A stretch of 63,891 nt of DNA, the filler included, from Asterionella formosa (taxonomy: Eukaryota), in NCBI GenBank assembly GCA_002256025.1. It is 5 parts of 5 records of this genome, joined end to end, with 100 filler letters (N's around TTAATTAATTAA, not from the genome) between each part and the next. Parts side by side here need not be neighbours in the genome. Positions count along the whole stretch, not along the records: positions 26,147 to 39,091 come from NKIB01007061.1; positions 39,192 to 52,092 come from NKIB01007086.1; 3 more parts are not named here. One strand, 5' to 3'. The notes beneath the pieces were generated by a model. It did not search any database and was not told the origin of the DNA. It was given only the letters and a program-made list of their open reading frames with translations. The translations under genes were made by a program, and so were the position numbers. Below, piece by piece: positions 26,147 to 39,908 of this stretch. Position 1 is the stretch's first letter, and each line of letters starts with the position of its first letter.

Positions 26147-28470
26147 TTCACAATGCATACGTCCCCATTGGAACTCTTATTTTTTATTTCATTTCTAACC
26201 CAAAACAATTTTTTCTATTTCTCATTTGATGCTACTTATTACATCGCATTTCATACTTTGGTTGCTCCAAACATCATGTTCAATTTTCATTGATGTTGCA
26301 TGTTACAATCATTCTCGTGTGTTTTACGCTTGTTGTACCATCTCCATGCATATTACCGTTATTTTGGTTGTCATGCTAAAATCGGCAATTTTATTGCCGA
26401 AAAATTCGATGTGCCCCATATTGCCCTTAAATAAAAATTACTTAAGAAATTACTTAGAGACTAAAAATTACTTAGAAGTACCCGAATGGCAAGACGATAG
26501 CTGGAGCGGGAATTGCTTCACCAAGTAAGCATCATCCTCCCTCCCATCAGGATTTGATGCACCCCCAATATTTCATTGTCCCACATCAGCACCTGCTGCT
26601 CCTAACTACTACTATGCCTGCTTGGAATCTGACACTGCTACGCACTGTCTCTCCCAGCCCCCTTCCGCATTGTCTTCTTGCCCCTTGTTCTGCTGGCGTC
26701 AATGTTGCCCCTAGTACATCTGGTGGTGAGGGTGTGTTAAAATCTGCATACGCTGTAGCGCACATGCACCATACGTACTGTACCCACGTAGCCACCAGAT
26801 TATTACAGGTAGGTATTACATGCATGAATACCAACATCAATAGAATTATCATAACATTGTAGCTCACATTTGATAACAACAAGGTTCCCCTCAACACTGC
26901 TGGCCACCATCACCATCATAAGTACCACCTGGTGTACAATGCTGGGAATTTCTCCAAAACGGGATGAAAGAGTAAAAAGTATTAGTAAATTCAATTGCCC
27001 ATTGGCATTTTTGGCACCACACCAATTGCACCACAATACTTACTTCTATACTTACCAGAGTAGACTGCTGGCTGAATTGCACCAGACTATGATATCGAAT
27101 CTATGCTACTATATTCACATTCATAACTGTATAGGAATACATGTGATCCTCAACTACTTGCCAATTTCTCATTCATATAGTACCACTTGAATTTTCAGAA
27201 TGATTCAGAAGAATAGCTACCACAGGCAGTGAGAATAAAAAGCTTGCAGACAAGAATCTGCCTTTGTTATAACAAGGATGTACCAGCAGATGTTGAAGAT
27301 AAAGTAGCCCAAGTAATCACGAGTTATGAAAAATGAAGAAAATCGGAGGTATTCTATTGCTATTAAAGGTGCTAAGAAAATGAATCTAGATTCAATGAAA
27401 AATGGTTCACCTACTTACACTCTTACTACAATTGGAATTACTGATGCTGCTACCCCACCCTCAGCACCAAAGAAAAACCGGAAAAGTGGGTCCATTGAAT
27501 TTGAAGAGATTTTTGTGGTTGCCAAAACAAAAACTTCTCATGAGAAGCTTGGCTTGATATTTAATGTTGCGAGCAAAATGGAGTGTCTCCTCCACTTAGA
27601 TGTCACTGAAAGGATGCAACTCTTTGATGTTAAATTTATCAAGCCAATCATCACATGCTTCCTGACTTATTGTGATGGCAAGAGCAACACTTTCCATGGC
27701 CTCCATCTTCAGTTCCTCCACCCAAAATTTTTCAAAGGCTGCAGACATAGCAAAGATTGATTGTAGAGTTAATTGGTTCTTAGTAAAATAGAATAATATA
27801 AATTGCATGCTAGTAATGAAAGCAAGAACAACCAGTGACCAATTTCAAGCATCACATTTGGTGAGTTTTGTTATTTTCATCTTTGTGTGTTGATGTGAAA
27901 GATGCAATGCTGGAGATGAATATTGAACATCTGCACATGTGCAACAATAAAATTTTTCTAAATAACTCCATGCTGATGCCATGTCATTGCTGCACCACAG
28001 CACATGATAGCACCACCATAGAGCAACGTATGATACTGGGTACCTCTCTATGTAGTATCCTTCAAGTTTGGAGTTGTGCTGGCTTTGTCCAAACGGAACA
28101 GCCATGGCTCCTGAGTGATGTGCGTCCCTCCTCGGTAGAAACCGGCATACCGATACTACCAATCCTCTATGAATTATATATATGTACATATATCTCCATT
28201 TGTATTTATCCAACACGTACGTGACGGATTTTTCACACAAACGAAAGAAGCACCGTACACGGACTGTATTTCTAGACCAACGAGCGAAGCACGCACTCAA
28301 AACCCGCTGGACAATCACGATACGAGACTGCCAGGTACGAGTAGACTACCGGTAAGTACGAACGGCAGATACATTCATAAAAAATATCATATTGTAGAGC
28401 GACAGCCCCAATTTTTTTCGCGTCTGCAAAACCCCTCATTGCTTCTGACTCACGACATTATTGGACGCAA

Positions 28471-29316
28471 ATGAGTCGATACTTGCATGAAAGCAGCGAC
28501 GGAACTAACAGTAGTGTCTTGATAGATCGACAAGAGCAAAGGCAGCGACGACGACGGCATTCTGCGGAGCAAAAACACTCGGGGTCGCGATTGCCTTCCC
28601 TCAAGAACTTGCCGGCGAGTTTGCGGCGTCGTCGCCGGAGCTTGGATGCCCACGAGATTGTCGGGCACGACACTGTGGCCAAGACAGTGAAACCAAGGGA
28701 TGGCTGGGAACAAAACTCCAATGCAAGCCTTTCGAGATCGTCCCGAAGACCAGCAACGCAGCCTCGCTCTGTATTTCAACTCCAGGAAGAAGAGTCCGCA
28801 TCGCAATGGAGGCAACAAAGACGCAATCCAACGATTATCGATGACTCGGAGTTTGACTATCGAAAGAAGAACTCCATGAGGGATCTCATGTCAACGGTCG
28901 AAATGATGCTGTCGGCCAATAATACGCAAATCGAAACAAAGTCGTTGAATATCGGAGGAGAAATCAACAAAGAACGACATCCACCAACAGTTGCTGCTTC
29001 TCCTCAAAGTGACAGGACCCAGTTACTACAACGGAATAGCTCCAGCACTCCAAAATTGACTCGCATTTCAAGCCGTCGGCAAATGTTCGCTTCCCATTTT
29101 TCATTTCGGCGAGAGGCAATAACTACCGGTAGTCGAAAATCAGCGTCACCTCCAACGAATCAACTTTTGTTTGATCGTCAGAATTCCTCTCGGCGGCTGG
29201 ATTTGGATGGCGGTCCGGCTTGTTTACAGCTAAGTCCTTCAGGCCAAGTGATCTTGACGTCTATTGCAAGGTTAGAAGATGCTGCTGCACAATTGAACAT
29301 GACCCACGTAGAATAG
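28471..29316 (+). CDS. Hypothetical Arg/Ser-rich disordered protein (281 aa)
   Basis: Uninterrupted ATG-to-stop ORF with gene-like composition; no recognisable domain. Confidence 0.55.
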   Translation: MSRYLHESSDGTNSSVLIDRQEQRQRRRRHSAEQKHSGSRLPSLKNLPASLRRRRRSLDAHEIVGHDTVAKTVKPRDGWEQNSNASLSRSSRRPATQPRSVFQLQEEESASQWRQQRRNPTIIDDSEFDYRKKNSMRDLMSTVEMMLSANNTQIETKSLNIGGEINKERHPPTVAASPQSDRTQLLQRNSSSTPKLTRISSRRQMFASHFSFRREAITTGSRKSASPPTNQLLFDRQNSSRRLDLDGGPACLQLSPSGQVILTSIARLEDAAAQLNMTHVE

Positions 29317-30387
29317 GAGGACGGACGAACATGAGGCCTAGAATCATCGAGAGAGCACTGATGTAGGGTATCATGAACCCAAGAAGAAATTGCATTTGAT
29401 GATTGCTGCACTTTTTGGCTACCTGCCTCTTCAAGGAGTGGTCTGTCAGATGGGAGCCATTTTTACTACAATTGTGTATAGCATAGCAGTACGTTGTGTT
29501 CTACCACCAAAAATCTGAATGTCACGCGTCATGGAGACTTCTTGCCATTTGCCCTACTACCTTACCATGGTCGACTAATCTTCTCATGCAGAATCGCCTG
29601 ATCCTGCGATGGATCCAAACAACCTACTTTGATTGTACTAGAGTGCCGATGGCACTCATGTCATGACAGCGTAATAGTCGAAGGGGATTTACTTGGTGCC
29701 ACTTGACGAGACTACTATGGTAGTCTAATACCGATAGAAGTAGGTACTCTACCTCGTTGTGCGGTTATATCCGCGACTGTACATGTAGTTTTGGATCTAT
29801 CTACAAATTTCTATATTTTGCGTGTTTGTAGTAAATGGTCTTCAGTGTGTAGTAATTAGTCTAGATAAATATTTCTTTTCGCTGTGCTCCTCAGTTTCAA
29901 GCAGCAGCAAGTGCGTCCTCATAACAAATATGATTGTAAGAAAAGACAAAATGTCAAACAGCAACGAGAACATTTTGACCTAGACGTATTCTCAGCCAAG
30001 ACAGTGCGCGGAAAAATTGTCGAGATGATCAATGCTGAATCATAGTTTGACCCAGTCCCACTGAGAAGTGGTGAAAACTTTCCAAAGCCGTTACCAGCAA
30101 TACATCCATTGGTTACAAACAATGAATCGGACTTCCCTACTATACTGATCCTTCGCTATGGAATCTGCGGACATAGTATAAACGCATAAATCGGCATGCG
30201 AGATCCAATCTAGGTACGACTGCTACATTGTACACATTGACACATGATTCACTCGGGGTAATATCTATTGTAGGAGGGACAGATCCATCTGGATGACCCC
30301 AAATAAAAGCGGAATACTTAGACCCTTCTTAGGCACAAAGGAACTAAGCCTACGTCTCACGTCTCGTCGTCGCCAAGTGTGTCATAC

Positions 30388-31139
30388 TTAACGATAACTA
30401 GAAGGAACAAAAAATGAGACAAAGGTAAGTGAAAACAAAGTGGTGAACAAGAAGCGACCACATTCTCCAGCACTTACAGTCCGTTGTTGATGCGGTCAAT
30501 GACGTAGTCAGCAGATGGCTTTTGGGCAGTGAAGCGGCTCTCGTATTTCTTGATCAATTCCTTCTCCTTTCCAGTAAGTCCAGGAATGTTGTAGATCTCA
30601 CTGACAGTGGCATAAGGTCCGTTGGACGCAATCTTTCCGGCCACGGTGGGGTACATGCCCTGCATCTTCAAGTAGACACGCACGTTGGCGTTGTTGACAT
30701 CAACAACGCTGGATCCTCCCAAAAGTCCAACGTTTTCGTAATCACGGATAGCGTTGGCCGCAGGTGCAAAGGCAGCCATGCCAGCAGCGACTCCAAATGC
30801 CGAAAGGAACTCACGACGGGATTCCGCCATCAACTCAGTGCGGGGAGCAGCGGTCTGGGGAGCCACAAAAGCAGCAGCAGAGCTGTCGAAGAGGGAGAGA
30901 GAGGGAGGGGTGAGGATGGGCACATGGGAAATTGAGTGGCTCGATCCATGATGTTTCTTTCAAGCGGTGGCGCCGCTTCAATAGAACCGCACTAGGCGCC
31001 GCATTCTTCACTCCTTGATCATTCCTTCGTTTCTTTCCGTTTTACACCAGCTCCCCCACCTAACCCCAGATCAAGCACCACCAGTGTCATTTCATCAACA
31101 AACTTACGAGGCAAGGATGGCAAAGACGGCGAGCTTCAT
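30388..31139 (-). CDS. psbU: Photosystem II 12-kDa extrinsic protein PsbU, nuclear-encoded, 3 exons
   Basis: Exons 31139-31108, 30882-30478 and 30397-30388 give MKLAVFAILASSAAAFVAP...AANA-IRDYENVG...VDVNNANVRVYLKMQGMYPTVAGKI...DRINNGLYR*. Signal, transit and lumen peptides are present. Confidence 0.95.
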
Positions 31140-32111
31140 GGTGGATGATGGTTCTGGATTCTGCAAATGGGCGCTCTCGTCGCCGCAAGTCCGAACGCCC
31201 GTGAGAAACATACCAGAAAGTACAGCCACTGCGGTCAATTCGACACACTATGACGTGCCCGAAGATCGCGAAGACCCTGAGTTCAATATCCGGGTGGTAT
31301 CATTCTTCAGCGATGGATAACGCATACTTGACGCTACTTTGGAAAGCGCGGAGAAGTGTTGCTCCATGACGAGCGGCCGACGAGCTATTTGAATCATCAT
31401 GACTGACAGTCCCGCAAAACCAAAAAACCTGCTCCTACATACAACCTGTATTCTATTTTTATAGCATACATCATGGCGAAGATGACGGTACAAACCGGTA
31501 CGTACCTATCCACTGGGGGAGTGCCTACCCCGTCAGACGCACGTACGAACTATAGAATGCTCGCCCATCAAAACCACCAGCCACAGCGCGCAGCAACGAG
31601 GTGATGGACGACTGTTGGTACATACAGTCTGCATGCCGGTACGGTGTCAGGACCAGGTAATGTTAAATCAAATCGGGACAATCAATGAACATGTTGCTGC
31701 ATTGCTCCAAACATACTACCAGTACCAGGTGCGATTCGATGTCAGTAAATGATAGGCGTTCAGTCGTGGGTGTCACACTGCTGCTGTTCTTATCGTCATG
31801 CATCTATTGACACTATAATCATATCATAGGTACAGGTACGTCGTCTGAGCCATTTCCTCATCCTTTATCATCATGGGCTTGCTTACCATGAAGTGAATAT
31901 TTTAATCTCAATTAATGACGTTGCTCTTGCTAAGCGAGGAACTCATGTCTTTGAAATTAAAGGCATGAGAGCGAGTCAACAAAAACTATTTCACTTCGCT
32001 CCATTGCATCATGATATTATAGGTAATTTTTCGTCATCCTAAAATACTCAATTCGGCCGTTTGGAAGAAATGTACATAGCCAACATCTCACCAAACTTAT
32101 CTACATGCAGG

Positions 32112-33983
32112 TTACTCTCGTTTTGATTTACGCTGCTTAGACGGTGATTTTGTCAATTCCGGCGCTGCTTCTAGTTTGGCCATACAATTTTGTTGCAACC
32201 ACCGTCCCAATGCTAACTTGACACCAAAGAGTACCAACCAAGCCACAATCAGCAATACCTTGCTTTCTGGTTGGAAATATCTCATACCTTCCTTCAATAG
32301 TCGTAGCATGACGCAAACCAATGGAATTTGAGCAAAGCCAAGTCGTTTCACAACGGCGTGAGAATGATCTAAATTAACTCCCTCATGTCCAATTCCTGTA
32401 ACATCTCCAGCCAATAGCAAGGCATATTCAGGATAGACCGTCGACCGAATAAAGTTGAATTTAGTAATGAAGGAATGCTTCAACCAGTCCGCCAACAATT
32501 CTGCACACCAGACAACACCGCACATCCAAATTTATTGTGTCTTGCTTTGTAAATCCATACCTTGCGAGATATTCAGCATAAGGACTAATGTCAAGAATAA
32601 TGCCAATTTGAAACGCTCACAAATATCGGACGCTGCAATTTTAAACAAATTGGGTTTGTTGTATTTCTTAAAGACTGTCGATTTGATCTCCGCAAAATTT
32701 CCCGATATTAGCAGCGTCAAGAGTGCTTGGTCACTTGAATTCATGGCAACATTCAATGTTGCTACATGAACGAACAATATTAACGTATGGCATGCCGCAT
32801 ACACCAAGACCACCAAGGAACTGACTGCCATCCTTGTACTCTTTGGTTTCCGAGTTGTATTCCAATACATGGAATCCAAACAATCTTGCCCCATACTACA
32901 CATGAGTCGATCAAATACTTCCACAATGGCAATGCAGACATATAACTTTAGCATGGCTTGCCCTCTAATCCAATGATAGAGTTTACCAATAGAAATGGGA
33001 ACCAATACGAACCGGTACACAATGTAAATGATACTGACTTGAATCAATTGATACAAGTGTCTGTTATTATGATTTGTTGAGAGAGTGCGAGCGCTGACTA
33101 CTATGAATAACACGAAGCAAACACTTTCTTGAACCACACGCAAACATATACATACACACTCTAACGTACCGTCGATGAAATTGATATTCCGGAGTTTGAG
33201 GTTTTGTCCATCGTATTACCAGCAATAGTAAGCTCCATACTGCTCTTACTGGTAAAATGGTCAAGGTATATAAAAAACAGTCGACGCAAATAATAATTCC
33301 AAAACTCAACAGCGCCTCAACTTGTGACGGAACGCGAACAAATTCTTCCATTTGTTGATCAACGTCAGGAGTTGATTCTTGAAAGCTATTGAGATAATCC
33401 ATCCACTTGGCCTGAATGGATTTAGGTTCTTCTGTAGCAGTAGTAGTAGTTGCCACTTGTGTCATGCCAGTGCTAACCTTGTCAGAAGGAGAAGATGAAT
33501 AGTCACAGCTTGAGCCCGCAAGTAGGGGTGCACTTATACTTAAATCTGTGATTGATTCATCATGCAATATTTTGGAAGAAAAGGTTCTACGATGTTGACT
33601 TTGATAGGGCAAGGGAGATGGTGAATCCAAGGCAGGGACTGTTGTGGAGGGTGACGGGGAAACATCTCGTGGTAGGGTTGGCGACTGTTGTTGATCGAGG
33701 TTTGAGTTAGTTACCTAGTACTAGTTAGTAATGATAAAGGGTTCTTGTCCACACTCACGTGATGCAATGTAACGCGAGAACTCCGTTGGCGCTGCAAAAG
33801 TCGAGACAGTGTAGCTAACTTCTCCTCCAGTTCCGCCACCCTGTCTTCCAGTGACAGCTCTGAAGTAAACGGAGGCGGCGTGGACGGCGCCGCTGCCCCT
33901 ACTTGTTTGACTGCAATATGATGATCGTGCACTGACGGGGAGGATGGTACTGCCGGTGAGGCAACGTTGGGAGCCACCATCAT
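32112..33983 (-). CDS. TAPT1: TAPT1/Emp65/POD1-like (DUF747) ER membrane protein; contains an in-frame TAA at 32532-32534
   Basis: Motifs ICVDCFLYTLTILP, LYHWIRGQAMLKLY, EVFDRL, ATLNVAMNS, SGNFAEIKSTVFKK, SDICERF, DWLKHSFITKFN. Introns near 33060-33168 and 33710-33756. The start codon is approximate. Confidence 0.88.
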
Positions 33984-34371
33984 TAGGATGGCCTTCCTTT
34001 CCTGGTGTCTGTTTTGTTTTGCTTGCAGGTATTTCGTTTCGTTTTGTTTCATCACGCACGTTCTTTCGTTTTGGCGTCATGCGCGCATGCTAATGTTGTG
34101 CGTTTGGTCGCTCTATTTGAATACGTACCCTGGTACCTGGTACCGGTACGTCCTCAGCCATATGCATGCATTTCCCGGTACCGGTACCTGGTATGCTGAT
34201 GGCTGGCTGGCTGATAGAGAACACACATATGATGGCACATCTCAACCACGGAAGTACCTGGTTCGTGGTCCCTGATATGGTACCAGGGATACCTGGTACC
34301 AGGTACTAACTCTGTTACAGCATACCAAATCAGTCTGTCCGGCTCCCGATGTGCTTGATGAATTTACCAGG

Positions 34372-37300
34372 TGAGCGATCCTGCATATCGATACTGTTGT
34401 ATATAGGGTTAGGGTTATATCAAATATATCAGAACTCAATAATGAGAGAACTTGACTAACACCTATTGTATACTTTGATGTCAACTTAGGAAAACGAGTT
34501 GTACATTAGGATAAATTAATAAGCTCATATATTCAACAAATACTACTACTTCTAGTTAGATACTTCACTTTGAATTCAAAAAGAGTCCAATTAGAACAAA
34601 ACAAACATGGCAATGTAGCTATTCAAGGGTTCCTGTCATTCCTTTGATCAAAGATTACAATGTATTGACTATCAAGACCAAGACATTCAAAGTTGCTTTA
34701 ACCCGGTGGAAGGTTTGAATCATTTGATCAAGATATGATTGATGGAAGCTCTGTGGAAGCATTGTTGATTGGGTGGCTGGAGTGAGTCAATTTTGTGACA
34801 TGGCTAACACATATGCCTTTAGCCCTGCAGATACCTTTTCCTACTTTAAAAGGTGTTTGACCGACATTGCCTTATCGGATTGGTTGAATGAGGAAATACA
34901 CCCAGAAGATCAATCCTTATATATTTTCGATGAAGCGATGGTATAATGGTAAGATGATTGTTTACCAAACAAGAGTTTTCAATGTCAACAAGAACAATGG
35001 ATGCTACGCTACTAACCTTACCCTTTTCTATGTTGGTCATGGATTTCGGAGCTCGCATTAAAACTTTGAACAGGCTACTTCAAGTAATGCCTCATCCAGA
35101 AGATCAAAACGGATTGTCAAAAGAAGATATGTGGATTATCATCATCTGTTCTATGCCCGATGAGTGGCAGCAAGAGTTTGAATTGAATCATGTTAAAACG
35201 TCAGAAAAATTAATTCGCTCGGTTCTCGCTTACTTCGAGAGTCAATAGTCGTTTAAGGATCGAAGCCAACACCTTCCCAAGAACAGTTTTCAAACAATCA
35301 CGCAAAATCGTCTTCGTTGCTGAAGGCAATCATGTGATGCGTCAGGAAAACGAGCGTGTCAGTCGTCCATTTTACAACGATAATTTTACTCCAAGTGGTC
35401 ATGGAAGAGCGCATGCAATTGTCAACGCGGCTGGTCATGCATGGGATCTTCAAGCGACTGTTTGTAATCAAGCTCTACAAGCCAGTCGTACATACCACCT
35501 AAGAACTGAGAGTCATATAAAGTTTACCCCATGTTTCGACTCAAACTATTTCAGTCAAATTTCATGGTGACAACAAATCAAGTACTTAGCTAAATGTAGA
35601 ACAGGCTCTTCGGCCCGCTTTCAATAGGTATGTTTAATTAGTAATGAAGCTTCATAAGCAATTCAAGCGATATGAAGTTTATAAAGTTGATGATTGTGGT
35701 CGTTTTGTATGACTATCAATACATATTTTTTACTACGTACCTGAAGACAATTTTATATTCAAATTCTGGTTTCGATTACCCTATTGTTCATTCTAAAGCT
35801 TTTTCCTGATACAATATTATTTGTCTGTTGCATCATCTACCCATTTATTATTAATTGTTTTCATTTTTTAAACCTTAAATAATAATGCGTTTGCCTTTTA
35901 ACTCAAATGGTAAGTAGGGCTTGTCTTGTTTGTGGTGCCGGGAAATCTCCATTGCGTCGGAACCATCGCACAAGGATCTTAATTTCAGGAACTGACAGCA
36001 AATGAACAGGCTTGTTGGCTGCGCGTAGAGCCATAAATTTGTTCCGTAGCTTCATAAATTCATGCTGACTTTTGTTTTGACGCTCAGTAACCAGTTCCTC
36101 TGCCTTTCTCATTCTCACCATTGCAGATGCAAGCACATTTGTTCCAAAAGCATGAATGCCAGCAGATGCCAATAGGCCGGCAGAGATTCTTTTCTTGTGG
36201 GAGTCGAGATGGGCTTGGGCATCAATGTCGATTCCATTTTGAGCATCTTCACGATTCCTGTATTCAACAACACGGTCAACTAGAGTGCCAGCATATCCAT
36301 CTGACAGATTTAATTCTTGGGGAGAAGTAGCATTTGCAGTATTGTTTATTTGGATGCCATTTTGAAATGTTGTCTTTGTAAGCAAGTTGGATTTCAGAGT
36401 GATTGAGAACATTATAGTTGAGTGGGCCACATCCTCAGTTGGCAATTGCAGTCCTGTTGGAGGTAACTTGACCAAATGATTCATCCCATGCAGTGCTTAC
36501 TATTCCGAAAATGTCAGCTTTATTGAGTGAGAATTCCTGATGATGGTCCGCTTTCTTGGTGAGTAGTAATATTCCCACTTCGCTTTTGTAATGGCCATCT
36601 TGTGGTAGCAACGGTTTTGTTCAGTGGAGTCACCGACTTGCCAGTAGGAGGTCCCGTATGGAACACCAATGCAGACATTCCAATTGTACTCAGGATTATT
36701 GATGTATTCAAGAAAGAACAAGTCAAAACGGCCTCCATGACCATCAAGAATTAAGAAAGGTGGTGGGCCAGTGTCCTGTGCGAAAATTACGGTTTTGTCC
36801 ATGTGTGCAAGCATTTCAACAAGTAGCTCTGCTGCGATACTTTTATTTTCAGAGGCACAACAGTAAGGAGGTAAGTTGACTCCATCAACTGTGCACATTG
36901 GTCCTTGCGGGTACCTTTTGTTCTTTCCACTGTTTGCTAAACAAGCTGGTTTACTAGGAGTCTATCATGCCAGTACCAGGTAACACTAGGTTATAATATT
37001 TATTTATTGGCGCACCGGCACTTAAACAACTCAAATTAAATGAGTTATTATGGTGCATGACTTTATTGCAATGGCGCAAGCATGCCATAGTAATGATGCG
37101 GAAAAGTCTTGAAACAAGCTAATTATTTATATAGCTTCAGCTTCTCCTATGTGTTGAAAAAGTCATGCAGGGCGGCTCAATGAGTAAAACTGATTTGTAC
37201 TAAAAATCGTTGGAATTAGATGATGAACCTTTGCTTACTTGTTTCCTTAATCATCCAATCTTGACAGACAATATTCAATATCCTCTGGACTATAATTTAA

Positions 37301-38041
37301 TACATGACAGACTTTTGCTGCAATTGATTCTCAATCAACAAACACATCCGTTAAAATTTCCGTCCATCAATTTTCATGATATATTTTTAATATTTTTTGT
37401 GAAGAGTCCAGGAGATACTTAGCATATTGCTATTCCTACATCACTATTGGATACTATTTATAATTGGTAATATATGCAGCTCGAACTACTATTCATAGTA
37501 CTATATTACATATTTCACCCGGAGCTTCGGGTTTTCAATGTGATATGATATTAAATATTCCTTTGATTACAGATTTACAATTAATAAATCAACGTCGACA
37601 AGTAATAACTGACGAACGTTAACGTCGTGTTAATTTCCGTCGTCGATCTTATGATTACAAGTGGGCGACGAGATTTTAATACTATTCGATAATCCTACTA
37701 CTACTTTGGATGATTGTGGACGCGGTACTTATACTATTATTCAAGTACTACATGCCAATGGTACAGTTACTTTTCAACTAACCATGCATATTACTTCGTC
37801 GTATCAAACGTTTTCATAGGTAAAAGGTTTTCCCTTAAGTGTGGGAGAGTGAGCAATCCTGCATATTGATACAGATGTATATAGGACTAGGGTTATATCA
37901 AATATATCAGAACTCAGTGATGAGAGAACTCGACTAACACCTATTGTATAGCTACTTTGATGTCAACTTAAGAAAACGAATTGTACATAAGGATAAATTA
38001 ATAAGCTCATATATTCAACAAATACGACTACTTCTAGTTAG
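34372..38041 (+). mobile_element. Internally deleted Ty3/Gypsy LTR retrotransposon with paired LTRs
   Basis: About 190-bp direct repeats at 34372-34559 and 37850-38041, both starting TGAGC. A polypurine tract GGGAGAG precedes the 3' copy. A gag-like fragment (DFGARIKTLNRLL...SMPDEWQQEF) and pol/integrase-like fragments (CFLNHP...YPLDY; RRRSYDY) lie inside. Confidence 0.85.
35903..36940 (-). mobile_element. pogo-like DDE transposase fragment nested in the Gypsy element
   Basis: PFLILDGHGGRFDLFFLEYIN...CIGVPYGTSYWQVGDSTEQN, a DDE_1-like core, followed by a frameshifted C-terminal region. Confidence 0.75.
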
Positions 38042-39091
38042 TTACTTTAGCAGGTACCAGGTGCTGATTTTTATAAATACGTTTGTGTGTGTAGTATTAT
38101 TAAAGCTGCATACAGCAACATCGATTCAATATAACATATAAACACGAACCATGAGCATACATGCTGGCATACCAGTGCTCCCTATTTTTAAACCGGTATT
38201 TGTTTTGGCATTGAGCAAAATCATATCTAAGTTGAGCAATGTAGATAAAGTATTAATGTTTAACTATCATTTTTGTTTGTTTAATATTTGTCTATCTGGC
38301 ACAGATTCCTATATAATTCAAATATTCAAATCGACACTGGAATCATCAGAATTCATAGTAGGAAACTCCCTGTTCCACACTGTTTTCACAACCCTGGCAA
38401 CATTTTCTCCAAACTAGAGTTAAGCCAGGGCCGCAACCTGAAAGCAAAAGATGTCAAATCTGTTATTTAATAGCTGATTATTATTGCTTTTATCGATGCT
38501 GCAAAAAGGATGCATTGCTCATGGGAATGATGGAAGTATGATGTTGATGAGATTTCAAAATTGTTTGCTTGCCACCACCAGTAAAAGTACCAGTATGCAT
38601 ACTATGTACTCCCTCTGTTCTGGTATAGTTGTAACTTGTAACCAGATTTTAGGTCACTGCCTCTCATGAAGTGCAAGCTCCGGACTTTCTCCGTCTAATA
38701 GCCATTCTGCTTGTACCGGTAGTCATCATTGCCCTCAATATACGGTACGCAAGGAAACATGCATCCTGTGGGAGTATAGATGACACATGACACCAAAAAA
38801 ACTCTTATTACTACGGTACTCCGTACACCGTACCTACAAACTGGTACTCTATGTATGGTTGCGGTTGAAACGTTGACACTATGACAAAGGGAAAAGCAGA
38901 ACAACAGAAGGGGGGGCGCGCAGATGGCTGGTTCCTGGTACCTGGTAGTGTAGCAGCTGGGACCAGGTATCTGCAGGTAATTGTGCTGAAACTAATAGTT
39001 TAGCTATCTTTATCCTATTTTAAATTGTTTGTTTATTCAGCCAAATGACCGCAACTTGCTGTTTCTGGCACTCTGCAATGTACCTAGGTCT

Positions 39092-39191
39092 NNNNNNNNN
39101 NNNNNNNNNNNNNNNNNNNNNNNNNNNNNNNNNNNTTAATTAATTAANNNNNNNNNNNNNNNNNNNNNNNNNNNNNNNNNNNNNNNNNNNN
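39092..39191. other. Artificial contig linker
   Basis: N44-TTAATTAATTAA-N44. Confidence 0.98.
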
Positions 39192-39908
39192 CTCTGCAAT
39201 TGCCTTGGCTCCGTCAACACCAATTGAATTATCATAGAGATAATGTATTGTCAAGACAGTATTGACCTTGAGAGCCTCTGCAATGGCCTTGGCTCCGTCA
39301 ACACCAATTGAATTACCAATGAGATCAAGTCTAGTCAAGACAGAATGAACCTTAAGAGCCTCTGCAATGGCCTTGGCTCCGTCAACACCAATTGAATTAC
39401 CAATGAGATCAAGTCTAGTCAAGACAGTATTAAACTTGAGAGCCTCTGCAATGGCCTTGGCTCCGTCATCACCAATTGAATCATAAGAGAGACTAAGTGT
39501 AGTCAAACTTGGATCATTCGCTTTCAACCGTTTGACATCTTCTTCCCATCCAATCTCTGTTGGAAGTGTGCCTGTGAAAGTATTGTACCTCAATTTTAGA
39601 TCAGTGAGACTTGTCAAGAGTCCAAAGTACTCTGTGGGAAGTATGATGGTTACTAACAAGCCAATTACCAAAAATAGCACCAAGGCAGTCCGCACTTTAC
39701 GTTTACATTGAGCCCTTTCTTCTGCTTTAATGTCAACAACAGAGGCACTGGCAAGTTCTGGATCAACCAGCACTAGCTCAGCATTGAATAGTGTTGCACG
39801 TTCTAGCTGGCCATGTTCACTCCTAATCGCACCAGGACCAGGAAATGAATCAACTCCGAGATTCAAACATTCTGTTTCTGTCTTCTTTCGACGAGAAGCT
39901 CTTAGCAT
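39192..39908 (-). CDS. LRR gene A: TM helix, plant-type LRR fragment and RI/NLRC3-like 28-aa LRR array (truncated by contig end)
   Basis: Open frame from MLRASRR with TM ALVLFLVIGLLVTII, then LTSLTDLKLRYNTFTGTLPTEIG, then WEEDVKRLKANDPSL and GAKAIAEALKVNTVLT repeats. Confidence 0.85.

Noticed and set aside
27240..27760. 144-aa ORF, possible transposase tail
   Set aside because: Insufficient motif evidence.
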